Made by a program: the position numbers and the translations under genes
Assembly: GCA_947650795.1 (NCBI GenBank)
Contig: CANSWR010000003.1
Location: forward strand, 1-58,997
Origin: an uncultured Bacillota bacterium
GTDB taxonomy: Bacteria; Bacillota_I; Bacilli_A; RF39; UBA660
Direction of reading: 5' to 3'
Length of the DNA: 58,997 nt
Part shown: positions 58,890 through 58,997 of the stretch, in pieces
How positions within the stretch are numbered: position 1 is the stretch's first letter
Layout of the letters: each line of letters starts with the position of its first letter
Notes under the pieces: model-generated
Databases searched by the model: none
What the model saw: only the letters and a program-made list of their open reading frames with translations
Told to the model about the DNA's origin: nothing

Positions 58890-58997
58890 TTAATTTGTTT
58901 CTATGAAATTTTTATAAATATTTAGTTGTTCTAAGGATTCATTAGCGTACTCACCTCTGGACAGTTTTTTATAATTAAGAAAAAGTAGATATATTTA

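Noticed and set aside
58925-58965. Hammerhead-like text on the minus strand (GTC...CTAATGAATCC...GAACAAC)
   Set aside because: Core deviates from CUGAUGA/GAAAC and stem I does not pair; at most a decayed relic near the window edge.
1-58997. CRISPR arrays, tRNA/rRNA genes, UGA-Trp recoding
   Set aside because: No spaced repeats or cloverleafs seen; conserved genes translate full length in the standard code.

Overview
Very AT-rich chromosomal segment (standard genetic code: TGG=Trp, TGA stops) from a reduced-genome, spore-forming Bacillota; gene content and style suggest uncultured gut Bacilli such as RF39 (inference). About 56 of 64 genes are on the minus strand and point toward the left end. 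There, a near-canonical XerCD dif site (422-449) sits inside the 3' end of an HUH rolling-circle Rep gene, which looks like the edge of an inovirus-like or plasmid-like element integrated at dif. The backbone is housekeeping (mnmA, uppS, tex, xseAB, nusB, lon, holA, uvrC, rimP-nusA-ylxR-infB-rbfA, rnhB, dxs, rnc-smc, ruvAB, secDF-rel-dtd, dnaE). Scattered among these are sporulation genes (spoIIM, spoIVB, ylbJ, spoVID/ysxE-like, ylbDE, spoIIB-like) with sigmaE-like and Spo0A-like promoters, and competence/type IV pilin genes. Other items: a 65-bp MITE with a 13-bp target duplication, a TnpB relic, a putative rod-shaped sRNA, an unannotated 11-aa peptide, several catalytically degenerate proteins, and orphan genes sharing a basic C-terminal tail. 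All calls are by eye from motifs and recalled synteny; no database search was run.
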